A DNA stretch of 38,447 bases from a virus (Duplodnaviria; Caudoviricetes): the IMG/VR virus record IMGVR_UViG_3300005582_000033, positions 1 to 38,447 of that record. One strand, 5' to 3'. The position numbers were made by a program, and so were the translations under genes. How positions within the stretch are numbered: the first letter of the stretch is position 1; every line of letters begins with the position of its first letter. The notes under the pieces were generated by a model. That model did not search any database. It worked only from the letters and a program-made list of their open reading frames with translations, and had not been told where the DNA came from. Of the stretch, positions 7,902 through 19,900 are shown in pieces.

Positions 7902-10900
7902 ATGTCCGATGAATCCTCTTTTTTCCGCCAGAAGCCTCAAGATGCTGTTCCGACTGGTCAAAGTCAGGAAGCGGTTGACGCCTCCCCGTCCGAACTGAGC
8001 GGAGGTTTTCAGCAACAGGCGCAAGCCCCGGTTTGGAAGAGCTTCGTTGACAACCAGGATTATCAGGACGCGAACCGGGGAGCAATCCAAGCCGAGCAAC
8101 AGCAGATGCGCCAGGCGGCGAGTGCTGCCAGTTCCGGCGACATTTTCAAAGGGGTCAACGGCAAGCTGATCCACAAGGCCCGAGGCCAAAGGCCCGTCGA
8201 ATACGACGCCGCCGATTGGACCGACGACCCGATTGCCGGACCCGAAGCCCGCAAGTCGATGTGGGATCGAGAGATTCGCACGTCCCGCCAAGAGGCGGAA
8301 ACGAATTCCTTGGAGTTGGCAAACCCGGCGTTTCACGCGCAGGAACTCAAGCAGAAAGACCGCGAGGCGATCGAAGCGGAGGGTTCAATGCTCCAAGAGA
8401 CGGACCCCCGCCACGTCGAACTGAAATCGAAGCTCGTCGCCGATGACGACTACAAGGCCCGCAAGGCGGACATGGCGCAACGCGCATGGAACGCCAAAGT
8501 TCGCGCCTCGCAGCTCGAAGCGATGGACCCAGAAGAGTGGTGGATGAACCGCCAGGCGCAACCCGCGCCGACTCCAACCGAACAACGGCAAGCCACCGTG
8601 CAGGCCGCGCAAAGCACAGCGGCACAAGGACAAGCCGCCGACCAGCAAGCGGCCGCACGGATGCAGGAGATCAACACGAAGCTGCAAGGCGGAGTCACTG
8701 CGGCAGAATCCAAGTCGTTACTCGCCGAGCGGGCGGAGATCGCCGCCAACCGCGCGAGGATCGCGGACATCAACGCTGGTGCAGCGGGTCAGATCGAAGG
8801 CGTGAAGGCGGAATCCGCCAACGCAACACCGCCGAAGGACTTCTTCGACCTTGGCGATACCGTTTCCGGCATCTGGGATGCGGTCAAGGGACTCGGAACT
8901 TCCGCGCCCGCCGCGTTTTATCAACTGGTCGAGGGCATGGAACGCCCGGACCAATACTCGGACAGTGCCAAGGCCGCGTTCGCCGAGGCCGATGCGTTCA
9001 ACAAGGAGATGCAGGCGAAGACCGAGGCCAATCAAAAGGCCGGGACATCCTCATCGGTCGGCGAGTCGTTCCGCGAAGCAGGCGGAAGCCTTGGCTTCTC
9101 GCTTGGCTCGATGGCGGCGGCGATTCCCGCTTCGATTGTCGGGACAAAAGCAGGCGCGGCGGCGGGTGGGGCGATTGGCGGCGGAATTGGTGCTCTTGGG
9201 GCAGGCGTCGGTGCTGTTCCAGGCGCGGGCATTGGAGCATCCATCGGCGGAACCATTGGTGGCGTGACGGCAGGTATGGCCGCATCAGGAACCGCCGCTT
9301 ACCGCATGGCGGGCGCGGCATTCCTCAATGAGACATTCAACACCGGATTGCAGGAATATGAAGCCGTCAATGGCGTTCCGATGCCGGAGAACGAGCGCAA
9401 GGCACTCTACGAAGCATTGCTTCCAGTCGCGAAGAACACAGCACTATGGGAAGCCGGACCGGAAGCCGTCGGAAACGCTTTTATGATGGGCGCGGGCAAG
9501 ATCATCCTTGGATCCACCGCGAAGAAGATCGCTGCCGAGGCCGCTAAAGCCGTGCCGGGATTGACGGTCAAGCGCATTGCCGCAATTCAGACGGGCAAGG
9601 TGGTTGGCAGCACCGCTGAACGCGAAGCCATCGGAGCGGCAACAAAGCAAGTCGGATCCAAGTTTCTCAACACCAAGTTGGGCAAGCTCACGGCGGGACT
9701 TGCTGACCTTCCGGTGGAAATCACCACGGAAGCGGCGACTCAGGTGGAGCAGTCCGCCGACCAGCAGAAAGGCGACATGATTGCCCGCGGCGAAGATGCA
9801 AGCGGGATCAAAGCCGACTGGTCCGCTGGAGGCATAGCCGAAGCGTTTAAGGAGGTTACACCGCAGACTCTCGCACTGATGCTCTTGATGGGCGGCGGCG
9901 CGGCCAGCGTCAAAGGGGTTTACAAAGCAGGCGAAAAGGTTCTTAGCGGCGGCGATTACAAAAAGGACAACGCTCGCGCCGGGGAAGCCCTCGAAGCGGT
10001 CAACACCGGGCTCGCCGCGATCGATCCCCAAGCGACGCCCGCCACACCGGACGAGATGCACGCAGCGGCATTCATCGCCCGCCCGACCGACGGACCCGCC
10101 GAGATAGCGGATGCGGTGATGGTCGAGCGCGAGCTGAAAGCACTCAGCGAACAGGAAGCTCAAGGCCGGGCGGACAATCTCGCTGGCATCCAGGCGGAAC
10201 TCGACAATGCCATTGCCAGCGGAGCGAAAGCCCCGGCGATCAAGGCTATCCAGACGAAGCTCGACGCGGCCAGTGCGGAAGCTCCATCTTCCAGCGCACA
10301 CCTTACCCGCGCCGCGCTCCAGATCGCCGCCGGGAAGGATTTGACATCCCTCAGTCCCGAGGAACTCGCGGCAGTCGGATATGAGTCGAAAGATGGCAAG
10401 CCGAAGAAGGATGCCAACGGCAAGGACGTCACGCCGACCACCTACTCACCGATCAAGCCAGCGAAAGGCGCGACCGCCGCATCGCCGATGATTACCAAAG
10501 GCGCGGACGGTTCGATCATTCTGACCGACACGGCCCTCGATATGGTTGCGGCAGCATCGCCCCGCGCTCGCGCCCGGATCACGATGAAGGCGACCGAGGC
10601 TATCGAGAAGGCGAACGTCCGCGCCGAAGCGGCACGGCAAGCAACTTTGGCAGCACCGGCCGCTTCGGGACAAGCGGGCGCGGGGGTTCCGGCTGGTTCA
10701 TCCGCTCCGGTGTTGCCGAACACCTTCGACGTGCCGATGCGCGACGGGACCATGATGCGCGTGCAGGCGAAGGATGCCAACGACGCGCTCCGCGAAGCCG
10801 CCGCAGTTGGTCAGATCGCCGGGACGCCCGCCGTGGCTGTCGCCGCCCCCCCTTCCGCTGGTGCTTCAAATGGTGCGCCGGGAGATCCGGCGACAGGTTC

Positions 10901-13900
10901 CCCGGCGGGTGTCGGGGGTATTGCTCCCTCAGAAACAGGGGCACCGGCGGAAGAGCTCGCGCCAGTCGCCAAGGAAATCGCCACCGCTGCCAAAGCACAG
11001 CAAATCCTCGCCGAGCACAAAGCGGGACACGTCAAAGCCCTGAATGACAACATCCGCGAAGTCGCCAAGGACACGGGGATGAATGTCACCGACAAGACGC
11101 CGCTGCAAGAGGTGATCGACCACCTCGAAGCGAAGTTTCCAACGGCAAAGATCGAGGATGTTCCGGCGGAAACCATCAAGCGGGTGACGAGTCTGGTGGG
11201 TAAGACTTTGGGCGGATACATGAAGAATCCCGCCGTTAAAGCGGTGCTCGTCATCGATCCGAAAAACAAGTTCAAGGCGGGAACGCATACCGACCACATC
11301 AAGATCAATCCCCGTCTATTGATCGAGGAAATTGCCATTGCTGGACTCTCCGACTCCGACGCAAAAACCTACATCGACCGGGTGCTGTTCGAGGAACTTC
11401 ACCACCTTTCGCAAGTCCAGACGTTCGCGGAGATTTACGCGAAGGACAAGCAGGCGGGACCGGATTACGGCGTATGGCTCAACAATTACTGCCAATCGCT
11501 GATTGCGGAGTTCAAGCGGGTCGGCATCTACAAGGATGCGCTCACGGTTTACGGCGAAGACATTCAGGCGAGAGAAGCCTACGTCCAAGTCGCCGAGATC
11601 AATCGCATGATCCTCCAAGACGCGATGACCGGCAACCCGACCGAGGCGACCAAGGCCGCGTTCAGTTCGCCCGCCATCCGTGAAGTCATCACTGCCGCGA
11701 TTGCCAAGCTCAAGAAATTCGTCGCAACATTCCGCGCCAATCCATCCGCATTCTCGAAAGAACTCGTTGAAAACATCGCCCGCGTCGAAGAACTTCTCGC
11801 ACAATATGACATCCCAGAACTCACCGGAACTCCAAACCAAGGGCCAACAAATGCTGGAAATCGTCCAGAAAAGCCAAATCGGAGCGGTCCGAACGCTGGA
11901 ACTCCTAAAGCTGCCGAAGCGGCAAGCAATAGCCAGCCTGCAAGCCCAAGCGGGACTCAGCCGGGCGGACTCGAAACACCTGTTTCATCTGCATGGGTCG
12001 GCAAAAGAGTAGCGTTTGTCCGTAACGGCGAGCGGCTGGAGGGCGAGGTTTCGTATGCCGAAGAAACGTGGCGCGGCCCGCTTCTCCAAGTGAAGCTCGA
12101 CACGCCGGACGCATCCGGCACACCAACCCGCGCGATCTTCCTCGATCAGATGCTGGACGCGACCGGCGCGACGATCACGGGGTTTGAGGATTTGACGCCG
12201 CCGGAAGCATCCACCGAAGACCCAAGCATTCTACCCGAAGATTCACCTAATCTAAGCGATATTGCTGAGAAAAATGAACAGGATTTCGAGGAGGATAGAA
12301 AAGAAATCGAACCACGGTTACCTCAAGGACTCAAGGTTGTCATGGGCGACCAATTTAGAGGTCCGCAAATTCAAGTGTCAATGGACGGCAAGGAACTCCG
12401 GGTGGCACCAGGATTCCTCACAAGGTTGAAAAACAAGTTCAAGTCCGCGTGGAAAGCCGTTATAGACATCGTAATCGATGAAGAAGTATTCCACCATCAG
12501 GACATTGAAGCTCGCGGAGGACAGGACGCCGCAGAGAAGTCATGGGCGGAAGAATGGAAGTCTGCATCTGCCGAAATCAAGAGACTTGTAGCGATAGCTT
12601 ACGGCAAAATGTCCGGCTTGGATGACGCTCAGAAAGGCGCGGAACTCTCCCGGATGAAGAGCCAGGTTGCACGGCTGGGGAAAATGACGGAATCCATGAG
12701 CACGGATTCCAAGCGCGTCGAGGCCGCTACACGGTTGGTTGAACTTCTTTCGCCACAGCAGCAATCGACTCCACAGGATACTGCGGAAGTTGCAGAACCG
12801 CCACAGGACAATGCGGAACCCGCCGCGATGACGTTCAAAGAACTCCAAGATGAGTTTTTTAACATGGCGGTGGAGGGGTGGAGAAAAGACATGCCATTCA
12901 GGCAAGAGGCTGACGAAATGCTTGGGCGGAAAGTCACTGACGCAGAGTGGGAGATTCTCGATCAAGAGTTCTTTGACGGTTCTGAGGAATACGACAAGAT
13001 CACCAACACCGCCCCAGTCGGACCGCCCCGCGACTGGTCCGGCGAAACCTTCGCCGACGACGCTCCGCTGCCGCTGGGAATCCACACTGTTGACGGTGTG
13101 CGGTTCGAGTGGAAGGAAGGCGAGATCAATGCGGTGGACCCTGGCTTCTTCCCGGTGACTACTTCCGGCTATCGGTCGGTGATGAGCGGATTCAACAAAG
13201 ACGCAAAATTCACGATCAACGACTACCGAAAGCTCGCCAAGGACGGCGAAAAGGTCGTCAAAGAGCAGTTCGCGCTGGAGAAAAAGAACATTCTCAAGGC
13301 CCTGAAATCGAAGGGCATGGGGTGGGAACTCTCTGGCCTGCGGCAGAAGTTCGATTCCAAAAACCACGATGCGGAAATCTCCCGTTGGCCGGAAAAGCTG
13401 CGGGTTGAAATGGTCGCCTTAACCAAGCAGTTGCTCGACGCGATCGCCAGCAAGGATGTCGTCGTCGAAGACCCGACCAACAATGATGCCCTCAAGAATG
13501 TCGCCGCCGAACTGAAGAATGCGTTCGATGCGTTCATGGGCAAGCCCGCCGCGCCCGCCGCGGAAGCGAAGCCCGCGAAGCCGAAGAAGGCAAAGGCCGC
13601 GCAACCCGAGCCGGTCGCGACTCCAGCAGTCGCCGACAAGGTGAACGGCATGATCCAAGCCGATGACGGCAAGTTCTACGCCGACACTCGCGCGATGCAG
13701 CAACTCAACAGCGATGAGAAGCGCGTTCAGCATGAACATATCGGATTCGGAGACTTTGAAACCAAGACCCCGCACGGGGATGTCGCTTGGCTTCGCATGG
13801 ACGACAAGAACTTTGAGGGAATGACCGGGCGGGTGCATTTACTCGCGGGCAACGAGGCATCCGTCGCGTTCCTCGTCGATGTTCTGAGATCGAAGGGAGT

Positions 13901-16900
13901 CTTTGAACCTGGCCCGGCGACACCAGCCGAAAAAGCCCCCGCAGCGGCGGAACCAAGCACCCGCGAAGTCACCCTAGACGACGGCAGGGTGTTGCAAGTT
14001 CGAGGCGAAGGAGCGGCTACCTATTGGCGCGACCCAACCGTGACCAATGGCCCAGGTGCAGGCGCGTTCATTTTGGCATCGCCGGAGTTTCGCAAGCAGA
14101 TCGAAGCGGCGGAGTCCTCCCCCGCCGCGACGGTCGATCCCGCGCTTGAAGCCGCCCGCGCGAAAGCCCGCGCCGTGCTCGATGGACTGTTCGCCGGGCC
14201 TTTGCCGTCCAACCGCAACGCGCTCCGCGCCGCACAACTGCCGAAGGGATTCACCCAAGAGATTCCCGCCGAACGCTTCATGCCGCTCATGGAAGCCGCG
14301 AGTGCGATGGTGCAGGCCGGAGTCAACACCCCCGAGGCACTCGCCGCGGAAATGGACAACCTCGCACCCGACCGCAAGGCCGTGCCGTTCGTGCAAGCGT
14401 TCTGGTTCGCGCTCAAAGCCGCCGGTGCCAAGGGCAAGGCGGAACCCAAGTGGGCGACCATCTACCGCGATCTTGACAGCAAGGCCGAACAGGCGCAGAT
14501 TTCAACCAAGGAACAACCTGATGAGCAAACTCAGCGAGACGGAAACAGCGGAAGTGCTACTGATGTTGGGACGGAAGAACCTACTTCACGCCCCGGCGAA
14601 GGCACTGACCCAGCTTTGGATCCAAGCGCAGGAGGGGACGTTGCCACCGGAGGAATTCAGCCCGGACAGCCAGATGGCAGCGGACGAGGCGAGTTACCGG
14701 GCGGATCTGTTCCAGGAGGTGACGGAGATGTTGTCGGAGCAGGAGATAACGACGGCGCGCCTGAAGGAAATAGCGGAAGCGGGAGTTCCGTGGCTGGAGC
14801 GGGAGTTCGTAATGCAACACGACCCGAGCTAGGATCACCCGAGGCGAATTTCGTCATCGAAGATGGTTTTTCGATGCCCAAGGGCGAGAAAGCCCGTATC
14901 GCCGCCAACCTCAAGGCAATCACCCTGCTTCGCGAGATCGAGGCGCAAGGCCGGGATGCCACGCTGGAAGAGAAGAAGATTCTTTCCGCTTACTCCGGCT
15001 GGGGATCGTTCAAGAATGCGTTCAACCGGGTCAATCAGAAGAATTGGCTATCGATCAACGAACGTCTCGAAAACGCCTCGCCTTACTACCGCGACAACAT
15101 CCGCGACTCATCGGCCTACCAAGAACTCCGCGCATGGCGTGACAAGTGGGGCGAACTTTTCGACACCCTCGACGAGATGCTTTCGCCGGAAGAATTCCGG
15201 GCAATGTCGAAGTCCATCCGCAACGCTCACTTCACCGCGCTGCCGATCATCGATTCGATGTGGAACATGGTTCGCGCGATGGGATTCAAGGGCGGCAACG
15301 TCCTCGAAACGTCGGTCGGTGCCGGATACTTCGTCGGTCGCCAACCGGTTGACATGGCGAACGTCTCGAAGTGGTCGGCGGTCGAGCTGGATTCGATCAC
15401 CGCCCGCGTGTTCTCCAAACTCTACCCCGAGTCTCGGATCAACGGCAACGCGCCGGATGCTGGCCGGGTGGTTGACGGGCAAGGATTCCAGAAATCCAAG
15501 ATCCCGAACAACTCGCAGGATCTCATCATCGGCAACTTCCCGTTCGCCAAAGACGGGCCGATGGAATCGTTGAAGGAGTTCGGGCGAAAGCTCAACCTTC
15601 ACAACTACTTTTTCGCCCGGTCCATCGACAAGCTCAAGCCCGGCGGCATCCTGATTGCCATCACGTCGAATTCGACGATGGACAACAACATCATCCAGCG
15701 GGAATTGATCGCCGGCCGCGTGGAGTTGGTGCAAGCCATCCGCCTACCGAACGACGCTTTCAAGGAAAACGCCGGAACCGAAGTAACCACCGACATCCTG
15801 ATCCTTCGCAAGAAGGACGGAAGCCGCGACGCGCAATCCGAATCATGGACCAACACGGAATCGGTCGGCGAAGATACAGTTTACGCCAGGCAGGGCGACA
15901 AGTCGGATCACGCATTTCTTTCGGAAATCTCCCCCGATTGGGTGCCGGTCGATGAGGATTTGCGCGAACCATGGAAGGAATGGCGGGCCAAGAAGTCCAA
16001 GAGCGGCGTGAAATGGGACTTGCTCACGCACCTAATCAACAATCACCGCTACGGAAGCCAAGGCATCCCATTCCGCGCTCAGATGGTGGTGAACGAATAC
16101 TTTGCCCGCCACCCCGAGACGGTCATCGGGCGGCACGCGCTCGAAGGATCGATGTATTCCGCCGGTTCCTACGCGGTGGTTTCGGACGGTGTGGACGTGC
16201 AAGCCCGCCTCAACGAACTCATCAAGAGCCTGCCGTCGGACCTGTTTGAAGAATCCGAGCTTGGCTTGTATTCCGAGCCGGAAACCATCGAGGCGAGCGC
16301 ACAACACCGGAACGGGTCGATTGTCCTCGTCAACGATCAACCTCACCACGTCGTCCAAGGCGAGCTTGTGCCGGTCCGCTGGGATCTGGAATACACCGAA
16401 GACTTCCTTGCCGATGCGAAAGAAGTGAAAGCCGTCTTGGCTGGCAACCCGGAACTCAAAGCGAGGTTCGCCGCCACCTTCGACACGCTCAACGGCAACA
16501 TGCTTGCCAACTGGATCGACGGATTTCTCGACGAGCATCTCACGCCCGAGACGGCGAAGAAGATTCGCGACAAGATCGCCAAGGAGGTTGCCCGCCGCAA
16601 TGCGGTGTTCAAGTCCTGGGTCAAAGTCAGGGATTCCGCCCGCGCTCTCATGGATGCGGAGCTTCGCGGCGACCCGGCGGGAGAACTCTACCGGGAGGCT
16701 CTCAACCAGTCCTACGACGCCCACGTTGCCGAGCATGGGGCATTCAGCGCACGCAGCCGAGCAGGATCGCGGAATCCTCACAAATTCCTTTTCGACGAGG
16801 ACGATAGCCCGCTTCTCGAATCGCTGGAGGACGAAGTTCTCACCGGCACCGACGACAAGGGCAAGCCGATCTACCGTTACGAAAAGCGGCCAATCTTCAC

Positions 16901-19900
16901 GGAATCGATGGTTTCCAACGCCATCGCACCAACCTCCGCGAAGGACATCAAGGAAGCCGTTGGCACGTCGATGGGCTACAAGGGCCGGATCAGTCTGAAA
17001 TACATGGCGAGCTTGCTGAAAGTCTCCAAGGACGAGGCGGCGAAGCAACTGGCGGAATCAGGACTCGCGTTCAAGAATCCGAAGTCCGGCCTTTACGAAA
17101 CCGCCGACTTCTACCTTTCCGGCGAAGTCCGCGCCAAGCTCCGCGAAGCTGAAGAGGCGGAAACCTTGGAGAAGGGGGTTTACCAGTCGAACATCGAGGC
17201 ACTGACCAAGATCATCCCTGAAAACCGGCCAATCCAAGCGATTTCGGTCATTCTTGGAAACCGCTGGTTGCCTGGGTCGATCTACTCGAAGTTTGCCGAC
17301 GAAGTTATTGGCATGGACACGCCGGAAGTCCGCTACGAACAGGCATCGAATAGTTTCAAAATCAATACCGCCGGAGATAACAAGCGTCGTCGGAATCGCG
17401 GTGAGCGGGACGTTCGTGCAGCAGATCCCGATTACCTTGGAACCGATCGCGTTCGCCCCGAAGAGATTTTCGAGAACATCCTGAACTCGCGCGAAACCAA
17501 AGTGATGAGGGCGGGTCCGACACGCGGATCCATCGTCTTGGATGCAGAAGCCACCATCGAGGCGCAGACCAGGGCCGGTCAGATGATGGACAAATTCGCC
17601 GAGTGGGTGAAGACATCGAAGGACGAGGTAGAACACGAAGGGAAAACCTACCGTGTCAGTGACTTGGCGGAGCAGGAATTCAACGACAAGGTGGCCGGAC
17701 TCGTCACCCCGACCTACGTCGGCGAGTGGGTGACGCTCCCCGGCCAATCCGGCGAAATCTGGCTCAAGCCGCACCGCAAAGCCGTCCTCGCCCGCTTGCT
17801 GACGATGGGTTACGGCATGATGGCGCACGGTGTCGGTTCCGGCAAAACCTACAACCAGATCGCGCTCGCGATGGAACTCCGCCGACTTGGCAAGGCCCGT
17901 CGGGTGGTGACGATCGTTCAGAACTCGACGATCCGGCAATTCGCCGCGTCTCACATGAAGGCGTATCCACACGCTAAAATCCTTGTCGCCGACGAAGAAA
18001 ACTTCTCCGCCCGCAAACGCGCCCGGTTCCTCGCGAAGATCGCCACCGGCGATTATGACTCGATCATTATGACTCACTCGAACATTTCCCAGATCGGGCA
18101 TGACGAGCAGGCGATTCGTAATTACATGGCGCGGGCGATTGGCGAAATGGAGGAAGTGCTTGCCGGCGCGGAAGCCGGAAGCCAGCAGCAAGGCGACATC
18201 CAGGCGGCACTCGACCAACTGCAAGAAAAGCTCGAAAAGCTGCTCGCCAAGGCCACAAGCCGCGCGGGCAGTGTCCTGACATGGGAACAGCTTGGAGTGG
18301 ACGCGATCATCGTGGACGAGGCGCACGAATTCAAAAACGCGCCGATCATCACCCGCAAGGAGCGGATCAAGAACCTTCCAGCGTCAGGAACAGCGTCCGA
18401 CCGGGCGGTGATGATGCAGATGAAAACCCGCAGCGTGCAGAGCATGACCGGCGGGAAGAACGTGTTCTTCGCCACCGGCACGCCGATCACCAACACGATG
18501 GCGGAAGCCTACACGATGATTAACTTCATCGCCCCGCACATCCTCGAATCGAAGAACATCAACAATTTCGACGACTTCGCGACCATGTTCGGCCGCACCG
18601 TTTCGGAACCGGAAGCGACATGGCGCGGGGCAATCGAGATGGTCGAGCGGTTCGCGAAATTCGTCAACGGCCCGGAGCTTGTCGCGCTCATCCGGTCGGT
18701 GTTCGACGTGGCACTTGGCAACGAGAACTTGGGAATCCGCGTGCCGCGAATCAAGGGCGGCGGGCCGGAAATGCTCATCGTGGAACCCACCGAGGCCAGC
18801 GAGATTTTCAACGATTGGGTGATCGACACCGCTGCGGAGTTCGACGGCATTCAGAACAAGCGGGCGGCTTTCCAAGAAGACCCGTGGATGCAGGCAATCC
18901 CGATTATGATTATGCAGGCAGGCATGGCGCAAGCCATCGACCCGCGCCTCATCAATCCGATGGCCCCGGATGATCCAGCGTCCAAGGTCAACCAGCTCGT
19001 CGCGCGGATGATCGACATTTACAAGGACGGCACCGAGCGCAAGACCGCCCAAGTTGTTTTCACGGACCTTTCTAACCCGTTCTCCACCCTATTGCTCAAG
19101 CAATTCAACGGCGACCCGTTCGCCGAGTATGGCGACGTTACCCCGGAAATGGCCGATCTTGAAGCGCAGATCATGGCGGCACCGACGGAAACCCCGGCGG
19201 AGAAGAAAGCGAAGACAAAGCTCGTCAATCGTCTCTCCGATCTTGCGGAAAAGCGGTTCAGTCTGATGGACGACATCAAGCAAAAGCTCGTTGCCGCCGA
19301 CATCCCCGCGAGTGAAATCTTTCTGGCCGATTCCTCGATCAACCCGAAGAAGCTCAAAGCATCGTTCGACAAGGTGAACAGCGGAGAAATCCGCATCATC
19401 ATCGGATCGACCGCCCGCCTTGGAACCGGCGTGAACATCCAAGAGCGTCTCGCAGCCGCTCACAACCTCTCCCCGCCGCGCGACTTCAAGCCGGCCATGA
19501 TGGAACAGCGGATCGGACGCATCGAGCGGCAAGGCAACTTGCACCGCGATTGGGCGGATCAGGCTCTTGTCCACGTCGTGCAGAAAATGGCGAAGATTTC
19601 GTTCGACGCGAAGAAGCTCGAAGACCGCTATGAGATGGCTATCGACTGGCTGGAAAAGAACGGCACCGACAAACAGAAGGAAATCGCCCGCAAGGCCGAG
19701 GCGCAATTCGAGATCATCGTCATCAACTACGGGCTGAAATTCTCCATGGATTCGTCGGTTTATTCGATGATGAAGGCGAAACAGAAGTTCATCGACCAGG
19801 TTCTCATGGGTGAGAACGTCACCGATGAATTCGATGATCCGATGTCGGCGGAATCCAACGCCTTCGCGCTGATGGCGGCGGAAGCGATGGGTGACGAGAA

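Noticed and set aside
10774-11043. Further +1-frame nested ORF candidates (10774-11043, about 12273-12429, 20389-21033, 6316-6564)
   Set aside because: R/P/S-rich translations typical of frame shadows; no start signals or favourable codon bias.
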